A DNA stretch of 64,000 nt from Geosiphon pyriformis uo1. Its lineage: Eukaryota > Fungi > Glomeromycota. The stretch lies in NCBI GenBank assembly GCA_016748015.1, contig JAAOMT010000563.1:248001-312000 (forward strand), given 5' to 3'. The position numbers were made by a program, and so were the translations under genes. The notes under the pieces are model-generated. The model saw only the letters and a list, made by a program, of their open reading frames with translations. It did no database searches and was not told where the DNA came from. Shown here piece after piece: positions 37,071 to 50,636 of the stretch; the first letter of the stretch is position 1; each line of letters opens with the position of its first letter.

Positions 37071-38004
37071 ATGAAAAAGACTTTATTTTTGCAACTTACC
37101 ATAGTCAGCTATTTTTTGTAAGGGTATATGAGATTTAGCCCTAATCACTTCTATCTTCTTACTTGAACACATGTTCTATATTTGCGCAAAAGGTTACTGG
37201 GAACCATAGATGTCAGAGCAGTAAACCATCAAGGAAATGTTGATTCACCTATGGTGATACGACGAAACCATCATGTGGTTCGCCAAGAAGGACAATCCAA
37301 ACCAGCTCTACTAAAACCCCCTGATTTTAAAAAGGGTGAAGAGAAAGAGATAGAGAATAGTGGTATAATAAAAAATATAACACTAGAACATGATCAGGTC
37401 ACTAGTAAAAATGCAAACGAGATCTTGGAGAATCATAATATAATCAACCACAAAGGGGACAAAAATTCTGAAGAGAATAAACAGAATGATTCTGAAAAAG
37501 ATTCAATTGAAAAATATAATAAAGACTATGTTACAGATCAAACCCCAAAGCCGGAATGTTATCCAACTGGAGCCTGCCAATCTTGTTCAGTTTTGGAAAT
37601 GGTGAGTCAGCAGGTAAAAAATTTATAGGTTTAACTTTGATATTACATATTAACTTTTGGCACCCTCAGAATACCGAGGATTATTGTCAGTCTGGATATA
37701 AATACCCTGTTCAATGTGTATGGCCTTCCTTAGTAGCAAATCAAAGTTCAAGTATCCCAAAATTTCAGCCTTGTCCACGAATCAAAAGCGTGGAAATATT
37801 CAAATTTTTCAAATTTCAGGTTTGTCATTTACCTAATCATGAAGAAATGGTGGAAATGATCCAATTAATTTTATTAATTCTACTTTCACTTAGTTTCTCA
37901 ATATTTTTTTGGCTGTCATGACTTTTAGCTTTTTAATATGGAGAAGGAAAAAACTTACAGTTGAAGGTTATAGGAGATTGGCTAGAAGAATAGGAGATCC
38001 TTAA
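37071..38004 (+). CDS. JTB (jumping translocation breakpoint)-like type I membrane protein (4 exons)
   Basis: Signal peptide MKKTLFLQLTIVSYFLLLGTIDVRA; six-Cys domain CYPTGACQSC...YCQSGY...C...PC; FFKFQ-TM-RRKKL tail. Confidence 0.65.
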
Positions 38005-38076
38005 AAAGAATTTATAGGGACATATTTTTATAACAGATATTTTCTACTTTGTTATCATTGGCCGAAATCTTACAGA

Positions 38077-39383
38077 TTATATATTCTCTATGTTAACTTG
38101 AAGAGCTGTAGATAGAAAAATAAATAGATGTATCAAAACTGATTCACCATTTATTTATATGATCTCAATACTGTATTGCAAAAAATCAATTACTTACCCT
38201 CTGGTAACTTTTCTCCGCAAGGACCAATACTAGAGATCAAAAAATTGGAAATGTTAAAAATTACGTATATATTTCAAAGCAGGCATAACTTTCAACATAC
38301 AATTCAAAATTAAACCCGCCCATCTCTTCGATATTAAAATTCGCAACTTTCCCGCCTTTTTCAAGAATATATGAAGCATATCCCGCTGCTGGATATACCA
38401 GGCCTGACTAAGAAATTAGCAAGTTGAATTATAAGTATGGAACATCGAATTAGTTGAAGAAAATTTATTAGGATCATTACCGTTCCAATCACTAGAAGCA
38501 AATCACAACGATCCAATTCTTCATGAATACGGCTCGCTACTGACTCTTCCAAGTTTTCATTGAACCAGACAACATGTGGTCTCAGCAATCCTTTACATTT
38601 GGTACAGCAAGGGAGTTGTTCTATTGGTATATCAGACTCGAATGTTAAATCCTCTGTCCCCTTTAAAGATGTTGCAATCGGAGAATCTCGATTAGCGCAT
38701 ATATCACCACACGCAGTACAACGCGTTTTGAATAAAGATCCATGCATTTCAATCAGATTCTGAATAACACCAGTGGAGAGACCATCAACATTTTGTGTGA
38801 TTAATGCAAATGTTTGATTGCGAGGCACCTCTGCGAGAATTTTTTTCTCGAACGCTTCTAAAGCTTTGTGAGCGCGGTTTGGCTGCTTCGTAAGAACCAA
38901 TTCGCGTCTAATAAATTGAGGTAGTTTTATATTTGTGTTTTCGAAAGTAAACACAATTCTTTATATAATACCTATAATGATAAAATTGCCATACACAAGA
39001 GGGATTATTTCTGAAGGCCTGAAAACAATGTAAAAAGTAGAACCATGAGTACATCGTTCTTTGGATAAATTTGCAAGACAATACTTACCGAAGGAGTAGC
39101 CAATTCAGTTGCCTGAAAATTTCTCCACCAGCCTAAATATTATTCAATATTTAGGAGCAAGCAAAAATATTTCTCAACAGTTTGCACAGGGTCTTTCGGA
39201 TGATTACATACCCCCTTCCCCCCTGAAAGTCTAGAGGTTGCGTCGTATAAGTGTATAAACTGAAATTTCAATTTAAAACTAACCACACACCGGAATCCCG
39301 GACTCAGCGCTCAAACCAGCACCACATAATGCCACAATGTGCTTAGCCGATTTGAGGACTTGATGAAAATTGTCTGTAGACAT
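38077..39383 (-). CDS. NAD-dependent protein deacylase, class III sirtuin (SIRT5/CobB-like)
   Basis: GAGLSAESGIPTFRG, VWQFYHYRR, TQNVDGL, HGSLF, two CxxC, LRPHVVWF, GPCGEKLP. Confidence 0.92.
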
Positions 39384-39994
39384 TTTGATTTTCCTCAAGG
39401 ACAAGTTTTTAGGTACATTAGATTGTTTTGGTCACGTGTAAAAAGTGCACAGTTTACATTTACTCTGAAACAATATCTATTTTATTATTGGCTATTCTTT
39501 AAATGCATGCTCTCTCTAAGTACCCGTCCCAAGGGCGTATTCATGATCAGATAAGAAAAAGTGCAAGATACCGAATAATTTACAGCCTTTATTAACTCAA
39601 CACACATTTTTCGAAGAGTCTTGAACATCTTAAATGCCCCGAGAAGGTATTCTTGATCTGAAACTCCAAGAAGGATCTTGCTCCCTCAATGGCCTCAAAG
39701 TCAAGAAGTCTATCAGCAATATATATTATCCCGTCAATTTTGCGATCAGTGAGCTTTCTTATTTTGTATTTGCTTCCCGACCACGGTTCTTTCCCCAATG
39801 ATGGTGCATCAGTTTGTATTGTGTTCTTATTAAAGGAGAATCTTGGTTTTGAAAAATGACCTCTTTTAATCTAAAATTTACATTTATATCTAAAAACATT
39901 GTAATGGGAAACTCTACAATTATATTAAAAAAGGTAAAATTGTGCAGTAGAAAATATCATTATTTACCATAAATCTAAATCTTGAAAGATGTCA

Positions 39995-41679
39995 TCATAG
40001 TAAATTCCTGACGAGTGGAAGATCCTTTGTGGCTTCCCTCAAATCATTTGCCAAAATATCTGTAACTAATTTCCGGTCTTCAGCTCGCTTTGCTTTGCTT
40101 AATTTCAACAAACCATTTGATTCGCACGCTGCAACCAAGTCTGGAAACTCGGTTCGAGTGAGAGGATCAATGAAATTATTTTTACACAGAGTTTGATAGA
40201 ATTGAAATACCTAATAATAGAATCATATTAATTAGGAAGAATAAATTTTTGTACCAATACATATCAACGAAAGAGAAAAGACAAATACCGACCTTTCCCG
40301 TAGTCATGTTATTGGTATTACTATATTTCTTCTTCATCAAAGTCAAGCAACATAGTAATACCTTTTGTTGAAGTGTCAAATTTCGGAGTCTCTGAACAGC
40401 CTGATTGGTGATAAACGCTTCGTTTGCAATCTTTGAGATATGAACAACTGATACTTTGTCAACCTTGGCATCCTCATCTATGGATTGCAAAGCCAGTTGA
40501 CATATTTCCATTGCTTGACGAACATCACCACCTTCAGATGCAACTTTTCTAGCGCACAGCTCAACCGCTTGTACATCCATCAAAGTGGTTTCACCAGCGC
40601 CAACGGATTTCAAACGGTCTTGAATTATTGCCGATATCTCGGAAGATTGATACACTCTAAAGGTGAGGGCTTCCACGGAAACTTTTAAATGAAATCATAC
40701 TGTTATATCTATCATTAAAATGTTTTGTGATAATTCATAAAAGGGCAAAAATATTTACTATTTTTGGCACTAAGACGAGGAAGCAATCTTTTTTCAAGAT
40801 TTATCTCATTCGCAATGGCAATCATTACCATTTTTCCATCGGAGAAGGCGCTGTATTCAAAGAGGGAGTATAGCATTTCGGGATCCATTTCAAAGAGGTT
40901 ATCAACCTCGTCTAAAATGAGAAGGCTTGGGATACCCAAAATTCATTAGTTTTTGCATAAAATCTCCCCGGTCAAACAAAATATCAGATATACTTACTAC
41001 ATCATACTAGCATTAGCGTCGGTCACGAGTGCTTCAAATTCCTTTTGTGCATCTTCGCGTCTTTTTATGACTTTACCCGCCATACGTTTGCACAACTCAA
41101 GATAAAGGTTTTTCGCAAAAATCATATTGAAATTCAGTTCAATAAGAATTAAATCCTCCGAATCATCTAATTCAAGTTCTTTACAAACAGCGTGAACCAA
41201 AGCGGTTTTCCCGGTACCAGGACTCCCAGAAATATAAAGTCGCCCTGGTTTTTGGTCTTCTAATGTGTGTGATTTCAAAAACTTCTTAATTGCAGCGCGT
41301 TCCATTTCACGTCCAACTATTCTTGCAGGTTGTGCTGAACGGCTGAACATGGACTTTGCAGCCACAAGTAAGTTGTTTGTTGCTGGAAGTGAAAGACAGA
41401 TATTATGTTAAATAATTACTGGCTAGGCTCGCAAGACAAAGACCACTTAATTATGAATAGTATTAAAGTCCTACCATTTTGAACGATTTTTGGACGTTTA
41501 AGCCTACCTATGAGTTCAGATCAATGAAATAATGCTTTATTTCAGCAAAAAATGGGAAAACTAGCTAGGGACTCAGATTAAGACTCACACTAAGTACCAT
41601 TTGTATTTTTATCTTTTTCTGTGTTTTCTGTACGCCTCTTCTTGCTAACAAGCCATGGAAGTTTTGTTTGAGACGCCAT
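39995..41679 (-). CDS. CDC6: Cell division control protein 6 (AAA+ replication licensing factor)
   Basis: LYISGSPGTGKT, ILDEVD, IAIAN, ELCARKVASEGGDVR, C-terminal winged-helix region. Confidence 0.9.
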
Positions 41680-42100
41680 ATTTTCTAAATCCCAAGGCAC
41701 GACACTTGCTTAAAACTCAAAGTCGAAATTACTGATTTGAAAATTTTGGAAGATTTCAAAACCTCTCTATCACATGATTCTCACAGATGGTTTTCTCGCG
41801 CACCTGACACAATTATGGGTTAACGACTAAATTTTTTAATTAGTGAAATTCAATGTATGACACAACTTTAATTCAATCAAATAAATTTTTAAACACTCAT
41901 CGTCATCAATTTCTAATGTTTATATATTCCAGGAAATATCCGAGATGATTTACGAATTATCGAAATCAGAATTCTCCACAATTTCGGTTAGAGATAATTT
42001 CTCCCAGCCCAAATATTACGGAATAAGATTCACAAGAGTAATTAAAACCTCAAAACAAACAGTGATCAAAAATCTAAATCAGTTTATTAAACAGCGTAAT

Positions 42101-43140
42101 TTACTCGGATCTTTTCCGAATGTTTCTAATCTTTTTCTGACTGCTTAATTTTCTTTTTTTCAACGAGACTTTTTCTTCGTTGCTTCCATTACTAACAATA
42201 TCGAGAGTTTTTTCCACTATTTTAAAATTTCGCAGATCATCAGGGTCATCATCCTCCTCCTCATCGTCACTCAAAAAACCAGTATCAGCAGTATCTCCAG
42301 AAAGTAATTTTCCATTCTCATCAATTTTCCTTGGCGGTGATGGTGGCGGTGGTGGAGTCACAGGTCTCCATTTACCGATCACAGGAACAGATCCATCATT
42401 AGGATTTTCCTCTTCCTCAGTTACAGGCATTGGAATTATTACTTCTGTAGATACTACTGCCGCTGTTGTTTCTCTTACTGAAATATTATTCGGCATTGTG
42501 GATGGTTGGAATGATGATGAAGAGGTGAACGAAGAAAAAGTGTCCGGTAATAGTGGTAAAGGTGTATTATAATAAGCATCTCTTTCATCAGTAGATGGGG
42601 GCGGTGCACTAGCAACAGCCGTATTAATGGCTGTTTTTAAAGCAGTCATAGATGAACCAGTTGTTGCTAATCCGACATCCTTTTTGTACTGTTTCATCGC
42701 AGCCTTTTAAATAATAATTTTTTGATGGAAATTTAAGACGGCTGTTAGCGTTCTTAATTCCAAAAAACAAACTGCGATTACCAACCCTATTAATTCTTTC
42801 TAACTCTCGTTTCATTTTATCATCATCTTTCTTATTTTCCTCTTCACGTCTATGAACATCGCGCAAAAATCTTTCTACATTTTCTCGATGTTTTTTGCCG
42901 TTTTCATGCATCAAACGACTCTTTACATATATTTTAAAAAAATTAATTTGTTCTCAATGATCACGTAAGATTCTAAATGGAATGAAAAGGTTACATACAG
43001 GCTTATTGTCAGCAATATATATTCGGCAATATCGACACCAGTGTTTTGCTTGGGATACCCAGTAGTCTGACCTATAGAGAGAGAGGGTTTTAGAAGATTT
43101 AATAGTAAAAAATATAAAGCAAATAGTCTTAAACTTACAT
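42101..43140 (-). CDS. U1-type zinc finger protein, WBP4/FBP21-like
   Basis: Spliced AT|G start gives MSDYWVSQAKHWCRYCRIYIADNKPSRLMHENGKKH; C-terminal KKRK. Confidence 0.8.
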
Positions 43141-43462
43141 TGCAAAAAATAAAAAATTGCAGATTTAATAAATGATGTTTTATTTTCTTAAAGCGAAAGT
43201 TTGAGTTTTGAGACAAACATAGGTAGCACAAAACTCTAAATGTTTAAAATCCCTCATTATGACATCATTTATAAGTCATGAACTTTAAAAACGCGAATTT
43301 TTTGCAAGTTAGATTATAGAAGAGACAAAACGCGCCTTATAAATAGCCTTTCACTTTCAGACAATAAAATGCTAATAAGATTTATCTTAACTTTTACCAT
43401 ATTCATTTTTCGAATCAGGGTTTCTTTCCGACTCAAATTATTCTAATTATATACGCTAAACA

Positions 43463-43846
43463 ATGTTTTTTTTTTTCTTGGGTAAGCATAAAAACAATCA
43501 ATTGAAGTTAAAAGCTTAAACGTGTACTGCGGATTCCTCTCCGTCAGTAACTGATAAAAAGTCGTCTTTATTATCAATATGTTACAAATCATTATTCTTT
43601 CAACACCTTACCTCTAAATTCCTATCATACACAGGCGGCCTAAGCTCGAAACTCACCCGTCTATCAACTCCGAACCCAGCCCACTGTCCAAATTGTTTTG
43701 CCCCAACCATGTACCAATACAAATCAGCTAAAGTTCTCTCCATATTTTTCATTCCAATTTTCAAATTCCATAAGAAAATATTATGGATTTGTGAACGATG
43801 CGGATGTATTCAAACAGAACGTCCCAATGACGGGACGGGTCGTTAA
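43463..43846 (+). CDS. Small zinc-ribbon protein (76 aa, 2 exons; zinc_ribbon_15-like)
   Basis: Exons 43463-43481 (donor GTAAG) and 43635-43846 (acceptor ACAG) give MFFFFLGGLSSKLTRLSTPNPAHCPNCFAPTMYQYKSAKVLSIFFIPIFKFHKKILWICERCGCIQTERPNDGTGR. Confidence 0.82.
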
Positions 43847-44316
43847 GATCACATAAATTTTTGAGCATTACTTAAAAATGTCCAAGTTGTGAGAAACAGA
43901 CTAACGTCCCGGGATGTTATTAGTTTAGCTCTTGTGAATCTGAGGCTAACAATAACTTAATTGTTGTATACTTGGTTCACCTTTGCATTTCATTTTCTAG
44001 TTTGCACATTCATTCGGATATTTAAAAAACTTTTTTTATATAATTATAGTATTTTGCGAAGTAATTGGCTCTGGATTAGGAATATTGTTAAATTCCCCGT
44101 GGAAGATCAATATTTGATGATGGAATGATTTTAGATTCCTTACGAAAAAAAGTTTATAGAAAATAAAAACTTGTATCTGCGCTTAGATTCCCCTTTTCTA
44201 AAAATTCAACCCCAGAAGCCATCTCTAAATTTTTCTAATAGGAAATATCGCGTATTAAATGATTGTATGTTATATTTTCAGATTAAGGGTAGATCAAATT
44301 ACGAGCCTAGTCTAGT

Positions 44317-45872
44317 CTATATAAATAAGCGGAACGGATAACCTGGGTACTTAATCCTAAAAAGAGCAAACAAGAAACTGAACATGACAATCAAAATGCC
44401 CATCCATAACTGTAAAAATTCATGATAGATAGGGTTGTTAGAAAAATCGATTCAATTTCTAATAATGAAACAGTCTTGGCTTACATATACTCCAAATCGT
44501 TGTTTTGTTTTATTTTCAAATTTCGGGACTGACACTATGAGGGACACGACAGAAAAAGCACAGAACCCGTCTGTATTGCCAAAAATAAATGGGGTTTGTA
44601 TCGAAACCATTTCATGGAGCTTGAAAATAGAAAATTTGTAGGAATCAGTCTTACATAGAATCGCCACGATTTGGCTTTCCAAGCCATACTGACTTTGAAA
44701 GCCAGCAGCGACGTAGTTGATGCTTCCGCCAGTAGAAGTTATGTAAGGTGGAGTGCGGATATGATTCCACATATGGCCCGAAATCATCATAAGAATAATT
44801 ACCTAGTAAAAGTTGGTTTAATATGACAAAATAAATGAAGCATAATAGTATAAACTCACAAGATTAAAATATATAAAGTTTCACCAATGATAGAGCAGCC
44901 CAGGTATTCTTGTTTTGAAATGCCTTTTGTATAGTGGGAAATATCAATTTAAAAACAGCCAACGCTCCAATTAAAAAGAAGGAAATCAACATCATCAGAG
45001 AATAATTTGGTGGACGTTTCACTGGTACAGATGTTCCCAACTGAATAGCTAAGTAAGAAGCAAAATTTTCACCACCAAATCCTCTTTTTTGAATAATGAG
45101 TGCAGAGAAAAAAGCAATTCTGTTAATAAAAACAATATAAAATTACAAAAGCTTAACTCTATATTCAAAAAATTATCACTTAGTAGCGAAATCATAGCGA
45201 TCTGGCTCTGAGACATCTTTAGCGAAGGAACCATCTGTTGCTGGGTAATACCAACATGAAGGGGCTGTGGTTTGCTTCAGCTGCATATATTTTTAATTTG
45301 TTAATTGTTATTGCGGGTGTTGTCCAATCTGGCTTTCAGGTACGAGAAATTGAATACCTTGGTGAAGATTTCTCTACCATTCTTGAAATCTAAAATGCCA
45401 AAGTAGAGCCGTGAGGGCAATTTGGTGGTTTGCCAACTACGAGCGACTAATCGAAACTCTGGATCAAATTCCCTGAAATTAATAAAAAAATCAATAGCCG
45501 TTACTTCTTATGAAGAATAAATTTAGTCCTAATCGACTCTTAAAACTGTGGAAAGGTACAATAATTTAGGGGTTCACTACTTCAAAAATAAACTCCTTGA
45601 AACTTTTGGCGCAATTACCTGCATGGTTGACAATTTATACTGGAGTCCAACGCAGTTAGCAACACCACAAAAGAATAATTACGAGGCTTGGCAAGAAACT
45701 CATCAAATAAGTCAGAATTAAGTTCTACGACACCGTCATGTTTAATCACTTGTTCATTAAGCTTATGTAGCTTACGTTCTAGGGCTAGTGGTTTTGCGGC
45801 AAAGGAAAATTGTAGTGAGCATAAAATTATAAGGAACACGGAAAAAATTATATCAAGACGTTTGACAGCCAT
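44317..45872 (-). CDS. OST3: Oligosaccharyltransferase subunit OST3/OST6 (TUSC3/MAGT1 family)
   Basis: Signal peptide; PRNYS..VLLTAL...CQPC; SGHMWNHIRTPPY; QYGLESQIV; C-terminal KYPGYPFRL. Confidence 0.9.
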
Positions 45873-46085
45873 AGTGTCTCGAATGAGTAGGTAGGTAAGG
45901 ATTTTGCTATATAAATTTGTGTATTTCCGTTTTAGGCAACTGGAAAATAAAATTTTAGCCAATAGGAGCCCAACACCAAGTTTTTTCAACTTCTATTTTT
46001 GAATGATTCAAATTCAAAATTTCTTTCCTTTCGCATATTTCCCATTGCCCTTTTTTGAATCTTTGCCTCAATTTTAATATGAATA

Positions 46086-47517
46086 ATGCCATCCATAGTG
46101 AAATCCACCCCGACAAAGCTAGAAGTAAACCTTCGTCGGCTTTTGTCTGTTTGTGAAGCTCAAATATCCCAACAAAATGGTTTAATACGTGGCCCTGAGA
46201 AATTGAAATTTATCATGGTATTTCTTACAGCAGCTCCTCTTACTTGTGTGCATTTTATTATAATACCTCTTAAAAAAAAAATCAATTGTATATAGAACAT
46301 TAAGCACCTAAAAAAATTGTTGGAAAACCTTGAAAAGGATACAAACGCGTATGTCGGTGCTTTTCCTTTCTTCCTTGCTTTATGGCTACCTTAAATTTTA
46401 CCACCTCATTAAAAAGAAATTTAGATAAAACAGCAATTAGTGAATACGGGCGAAAAATTCAAAGATTGCTGCATATTGTTGATGAATTCAAACTGGTGGG
46501 AGCGGTTGGGTAAAATATTCCCAACTTATTTCATATTTATATTCATTAGTTAATTCTAAAATTTCAAATTCTAAGATCTCACCTGTAAATCGTACCTTCT
46601 CCCAAGCACGTTTTACCAAAAATGCTTATCAATCACAGAACGAAAAAAATAAGGAAAATGAGTTGGAACTTAAATTGGTCCGGCAGGCCGAGAATGAATT
46701 GAAAAAAGAGTTATTTCAGGTTTGCTTTAATGAATTTGTCAAATGGATCAAAATCGATATTCTATTGTGACTAAGCAACCTGAATCTTTTCTTGTCAGGC
46801 TCCGCATGCTTTTTTACACGAGCCTGAGGATCTAAAATCAGCACAGGAAAAGCGAATAGGCATAGATGAATATTATTTACATGCTTTGTATCGTATTCTT
46901 TGTTCTAATTTTAATGATTGCAATCCTAGAATTATTTTCATCTGAATCTTTGCAAGCCGAAGTACGACAACGAAGGTCAGGCCATATTCCAATTTATACA
47001 AAAATATATTATTGTCATAGTTAATTAGTATTTCCATATCCATATCCAATATTCATACTTACATGTCTCAAAAAAAGAGCTGGGAAATTTGTTGTTGAAG
47101 AAACCAGCAGCAGCATGGAATCAATCTTACAATACCACCAGCAGACCCAGGAAGAACTGACGCAGGATTTGGTCAAAATGGCAGAACGGTTAAAAATGAA
47201 TTCTTTCTCTTTCAGCGATATACTCAAGAGAGACGAGAAGGTGCATCTCAGAAAATTACAACAAGCGATACCTCCTTACCTTCAATTTAAATGATTTTAA
47301 AGCTTTCAATTTAAATTTCATAAAGATACTTGACGAAGCGCAATCGATTCTCACGGGTAACTTGGATCGGTTAAAGGAGGAGAAGAGTCGCCTGAACCGT
47401 TATGCTGGCCAATCCAGTAAGACAACTTGGTTGGTCTGGTTTGTTGTAATCTTTGTTTGCGTCACTTTTGTACTAATGTTCCTGTTGATCCGAGTATCCA
47501 AAGGATCCAGAATATAA
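46086..47517 (+). CDS. USE1: ER SNARE USE1/Slt1-like (multi-exon)
   Basis: LEVNLRRLL N-terminus; SNARE motif HQQTQEELTQDLVKMAERLKMNS; C-terminal TM helix. Confidence 0.85.
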
Positions 47518-48200
47518 TCCATATTCAGAAACCATTGGTTTTTTTTGGAAGTATGAATATTTGATTAGTAATAATCTCGAATAGGGATCGAAGCAATTTT
47601 TTAGTTAGAGCAAAATTAAAACCCAATTCTTTAGCAACCCTTTCTAACGGTAAATGGTAAAATCTTCGAAATCGACATAAATAGTAAGTCTCCTGCATTT
47701 ATAAGTAAATAATGATGCGATGACAAGTTAACATGTCAAAAAATTTCATGTCCCGAGATCTTATAAAACTTCTCAGAATGACGCCACATGAGTTTTTGGG
47801 TGCAATTATCTCTGATCTCTGGATTATTTGTTTGATATAGATAAAATAACGAGTTGAATCTTGACCATGTCGTGAACAATTAAACTATTCTTTGTGGCAC
47901 TTTAATCATTCGATTAAACCAAAGATCACTCAATGTATGAACTCATCGATTTTCCTACTCACATGATTAAGTACTTCCTTTTTTGCAAACTCAAATTGGA
48001 ACCGTGATATACATCTGGTCGTGATGTTTAAAAAATGTTTCATTGCGTCATTCAAGTAGAGTGACAGTGATCTTTGTCCTTCCTTCGAAACCAACAACGA
48101 ATACATATAGTATATTACTTGTGACGTTAGTGACAACCAACTATAACAATAACTTTTCATATTGAAAAGTGAAACACAAGACCTAAATTTAAAACTAATA

Positions 48201-49258
48201 ATGTCTACAGCAACCACATCTCTTCCAACACCCACAGAGAAACGACCTGGTATACGTAAAATAATGACTTGGAATAGCAAGCATAAAGATAAAAAGCATG
48301 CACATTTATTCGGATATGATAGTGCACCAGGTATGTTTCTTCAAGCCATCTAATATTTCTAGTTTTTCTTTCAATGGTGCTTTTTGGTTTGAATTGGGGT
48401 TTCGCATTTAACTTAAAAGAAGCTTCGTAATCATGGTTGGCGAAGGCGAACCGGCTACCCGTTTCCAGATGTTCTCATAATCACTTTTTGTTTGCTTTGA
48501 GGATTCCGGGTAGTTCCTACTTTGTGTATAGATTAAATTGAAATTGAAATTAGCCATTTCTTATAATTTTCCTCGAACCTATTCCTCTTGATATTTTACA
48601 TTTCTTCAAATTAAAACCAATAATGGCAGAAGACGAAGAGCCAGCTCCTTCATCAGTCACCTCAACTCCCAGCTTGAAAAATAAGAGCGGCCGTCCTTCT
48701 TTATTTGCTGTCTTTGCTCGCAGAAACTCCACAAGAAGCTTGAGCGAACATTCATCACGCAGCCTTTCCCCCATAAGTCCTAGACCCTCAACTGAATATC
48801 AAATTCCGACCGATGGCTTTCGTACACCAAGCCCCACACCGTCGCGGAACTCGATGATTTTTGAACGTGATATTGAGTCTCATGAGAATCTGAGTGCTCA
48901 CGAAGCCATTGACTTGGCCATTCCTCCTGTCTTAGATGATGCAGCTGAAGCTTTTGCATCCGATGAAATACAATTGCCAACAATTATTACGAAAAACGGA
49001 CATGACTCTTATAATGAAGATAACTCGGAGGGGCAAAATAATCCTTGGGCTCATAATCCACTTGGTGCTATAGATAGCCAGAAACGGATATCGGGGATTT
49101 TTGTAGACTATGCTAATGTTTGGCAACCAATTCCTGTCCCATTTGAACAAAAGGCGACAATTGCTGAAACCTTACGAGCAACATCTCCCCGAGAAATGAA
49201 TGAGCTTACAGGCGTCAAAGAAACGAATGGGATTCATGAAAATTCATGGAAATCATAA
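48201..49258 (+). CDS. Hypothetical Ser-rich protein (2 exons)
   Basis: Exon 1 48201-48330 (donor GTATGT) splices in frame at GGCAG|AA (48629); contains IFERDIE and IPPVLDDAAEA. Confidence 0.7.
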
Positions 49259-50636
49259 ATGCAGTAATATATTTTAATGAGTGGAAATGAAAGTCTGCAG
49301 AATGGAATAGGTAAGAATAAACTCCATTAGCCCTTGTTAAAATTATTGAAATAAATAAATGACCATAAAGTTCGTATAAATCTTTTATCTCTTAAATTGA
49401 ATTCAGGGAATTATTATTATCATTTTATCAATATGGGCAAAGACTCACTGCGACAACAGCAATATACGTGTGAAAACAACAGTTGGCCACACAATTACTC
49501 AAATTTGTATTATTCATCTTATCACTTTTAACTTCTCGCTTATATATATTATATATTTTTTATATACACACATATATATATATACACAAATATACATGTA
49601 TCCTTGAAAGCTTTGGACGAGACGGAGCTAAAGTTGTCATATAATTCTACTTGCGCGGGATTTAATGAGTTTTTGCCAGCCGAGTAGTAGACTCATAATT
49701 CCCATCCCAGAACTTCCATCACCTAACACCAATTTTTGATTTTACGCCATCACCTTGCATATTCTCCTTCCCTTATCCCTTATTAAAAGAATTGATTTAA
49801 GCTTTTTTTCTTTCTTTTCTGTGTATCTAGTATTTTTTATTTGTATTTTGTATTATTTTATTTGATTGAATTTTACTAGTATTATTACATTAGTTTCGAA
49901 AAAAATTTCCGTCATTTTATTTCTCAAAATTTTGCTACAAGGTTCTGGTGGGGGCTTTCTTCTTTCCCTCCTATCTTATCGAGGCATGGATTGAGGGTTC
50001 AGCGATTCATTATGGTGGGAATTTCAAAATTCAAATTAGTATGATCCGACGAATTTGTGAAATTGGTTTGGTGGTTGGATGGTGATTTTCTAAAAGTATT
50101 ACATATAGATAAATGACCGCCCACGATGCTATCTTTTTTCCGAAACACAATATATTTTTGGCTATATCAAAGGTCTATCAATTAAGTTATCATCGGCGCG
50201 TAATCAACTATATCATCGGAAAATGTGAAAGCTACATATTATTGGGGTGGTCTTGAACGTGTATATTTCGCATTTTCAATAATACACATGGAAGAGGAAA
50301 AAATTTACGAATTAGTTTAGATTTTTCCTCTCAAAATTTGGATGGAAAGAATCTATGTTGATCATGAGATCAATGTTCCACATCCTGATGCGATCCCATT
50401 TTAAAAACAATATAAAAAGCTACATCTCCTAGAATCTATAACTGGAGGTTGAAAATAAAATTGATACTCAAACTACAAATTTCTAGTTTAAGAACATTTT
50501 CGTTCTAATGATCTCATTATTTTTTCTATTTATTTTTAATTCAAGGAAAATTAGCCTCTTTTGCAGAATCTATCGCTAATGCTGCCGTAAAGGCGGGATC
50601 AAAAAAATTTCAACTTAGCCCAATTTCAAGCTCACT

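Noticed and set aside
39592-39798. 68-aa ORF between the sirtuin and CDC6 genes
   Set aside because: Non-ATG start, no motif; probably 3' UTR or promoter sequence.
43482-43634. Relatively long intron as a snoRNA host
   Set aside because: A CTGA is present, but there is no convincing C box or H/ACA structure.
48201-48591. Possible spliced uORF ending just before ATG 48623
   Set aside because: An acceptor at 48629 joins exon 1 in frame with the main ORF, which is simpler.
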